Positions 62,420-64,000 of a DNA stretch of 64,000 nt are shown in pieces (within the stretch, counting starts at the first letter, position 1; each line of letters opens with the position of its first letter). Both the position numbers and the translations under genes were made by a program. The notes beneath the pieces are model-generated. The model saw only the letters and a program-made list of their open reading frames with translations, was not told where the DNA came from and did not search any database. This stretch comes from Sarea resinae (Eukaryota), in contig JAPEUD010000007.1 of NCBI GenBank assembly GCA_026026165.1, forward strand, positions 1 to 64,000. The letters are read 5' to 3'.

Positions 62420-63175
62420 GGATGAGTTGACGATTACCTGTCATGAGATTGATGTTTATATGGAGAGCGACAACACGGTATTCTGCCATATGACTCATGC
62501 AAGAGAGCCTCGATGTGTATGTGTGTCCAGGTTGGATAGATAGTCGCAAGAATCTCATGATGCTTGAATGAGTTATTATATCTTGATGATGGAAAAATTG
62601 CTTCTGAGGTGGGTTGGTGGTAGTCTTGCTCAAGCCATTAGCGAAACAAGGGGTATTGTAGCGTAGTCACTATTGAGGATTTGCAATTCATCTACAAGGA
62701 ATCAACATTATCACCACGTTGATACATTGAAGATTCTGGACCTCTCGTAGCCGATTGACACTAACCGGTCATGTAGGACGCTTCTCCAGACAGTGATCCT
62801 GTTCTCAAAGAGCTCCATTGATGATTCTACCCTACGGTCCTCCCGCAACACTCTATATGCCCTTTAGACTTTCGCGCGAGCATTTGATTCCTACACCTTG
62901 CATGAGATCACAGGTGACAGCTCTGCGCGATCTCGATCTCACAGGCTGACCATCATTCAGCTTCTATTCCATGTCCTCCCAAGCCGCGAAAGACACCCCG
63001 TTACCATGCTAGTCTATCAGCAAGCCGGCATACAGGCCAGTCAGTTGCCTTGCGAAGAGCCATCAGAGACGATTGTCACACTCAAAGTAGGTGCGACTTG
63101 GCTGCGACGGACTGCCTATCTGGGGTGTTCATCGACTTGAGTGCTCTGTCTAGTGAAAGAGGCATCCAGGCCCCA

Positions 63176-64000
63176 ATGCCTCTCTTGCGAGGTTCCGTTC
63201 CAAGAAGCCAGACCCTGTTCCTGATGTTATGTCTGCCCTTATTATCTATGTTGCTCATGCTCATATATCTGCTCGTGCCGCCTCCGTCCCCAATGTTCTG
63301 GATCAGACTCTCGGTATACATGCCTCTGCCCGGTGGGACGCCAGACGCGGACCTGTACGAGATCGCCGGCCTGATGGGCGAGTGGTATGAGCTCCTAGCC
63401 AAGATGCGATATTTCTCCCCCTCGGAGATCGCGTATCCGCCGCACGTCAGCCCCGCCATCAACACCAGTCTCGCGGCCGAGCTCGGCATGGGCCGCCAGG
63501 CCGTCTCGCTCCTGCAGCTTCTGCCCTACATGGGTTGCTGTCGCGGCGAAGACTGGCCCTTGATCTGCAGCGGTAGCTTTGCCGATTTCCGCGACGACGA
63601 CGACTTGGTCCGGAGTCGGGACCCGATGTTTAACGGACATGAGGATTACACGTCGGGCTGGGACTTGGAGACGGGCCCGTATATGCGGCCGTGGCATGTG
63701 GCATTGAACCAAATGGGCAACCACGGAGCCGTTCTTTTGCTCAATACACGAACGAGTGAGCCATAGATGTGGAATTGCTTTTGCTAGTCGAATGCTAATG
63801 AGGAGCGGCGCCCAGATATACTCACGCTTGAGGACCAGGAGTCAGGCGATACTTGTGACCCACTCTTTATAGAACACAAGGAACTCAAGACGCACTGGAA
63901 GAATCCGTCCAAAAACGCAAATTACTTCGACCATCTACCGGGTCGGCGCCCTATGGACGCTCTACGGGATTACATCGCGCGGCTTCGACGTCTGGAGTGG
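63176..64000 (+). CDS. Hypothetical fungal protein, 3'-partial; N-terminal hydrophobic segment; intron 63756-63815
   Basis: ORF with YELLAKMRYF..EIAYPPH, LLQLLPY, FADFR, SRDP and GAVLLLNT, continuing in frame after a GTGAG...CTAAT...CAG intron to the window end (...DYIARLRRLEW). The start codon is uncertain. Confidence 0.7.

Noticed and set aside
1..64000. tRNA, rRNA, snRNA genes and intact transposons
   Set aside because: No cloverleaf with A/B boxes, rRNA-like sequence, transposase or RT motifs, LTRs or TIRs were recognised by eye. Small ncRNAs could have been missed.

Overview
Fungal (filamentous ascomycete, Pezizomycotina-type) genomic DNA with short GT-AG introns and CTRAC/CTRAY branch points. 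I can support 19 protein-coding genes, mostly housekeeping or signalling: a nucleoside hydrolase (URH1-like), an MSG5/Pmp1-type MAPK phosphatase, an Mto2/Spa18-like MTOC protein, the GATOR2 subunit MIOS/Sea4, the rRNA-processing factor EFG1, a PAS kinase, COMPASS Spp1, a GH5 glucanase, myotubularin YMR1, RPS3, the PP2A A subunit, the PheRS beta subunit, SF3B5 (absent from the ORF track), TAD1, an NT-C2 protein, a ferric reductase, and three uncharacterised genes. I found no tRNA, rRNA, CRISPR array, recognisable transposon or biosynthetic cluster, and no clear multi-gene novel system. The most unusual signals are these. (1) Five microsatellite islands sit at gene 3' ends. Several show a TpA-rich, RIP-like composition with no visible transposon, the signature appears to leak into synonymous sites of adjacent genes, and those gene ends are GC-rich and full of homopolymeric amino-acid insertions. 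(2) An uncharacterised protein carries many clathrin-adaptor ear-binding motifs plus a C-terminal CxxC...HxxC module. (3) A TACGGAGTA element recurs upstream of genes. Exon boundaries were read by eye, and family calls rest on motif recognition rather than database searches.
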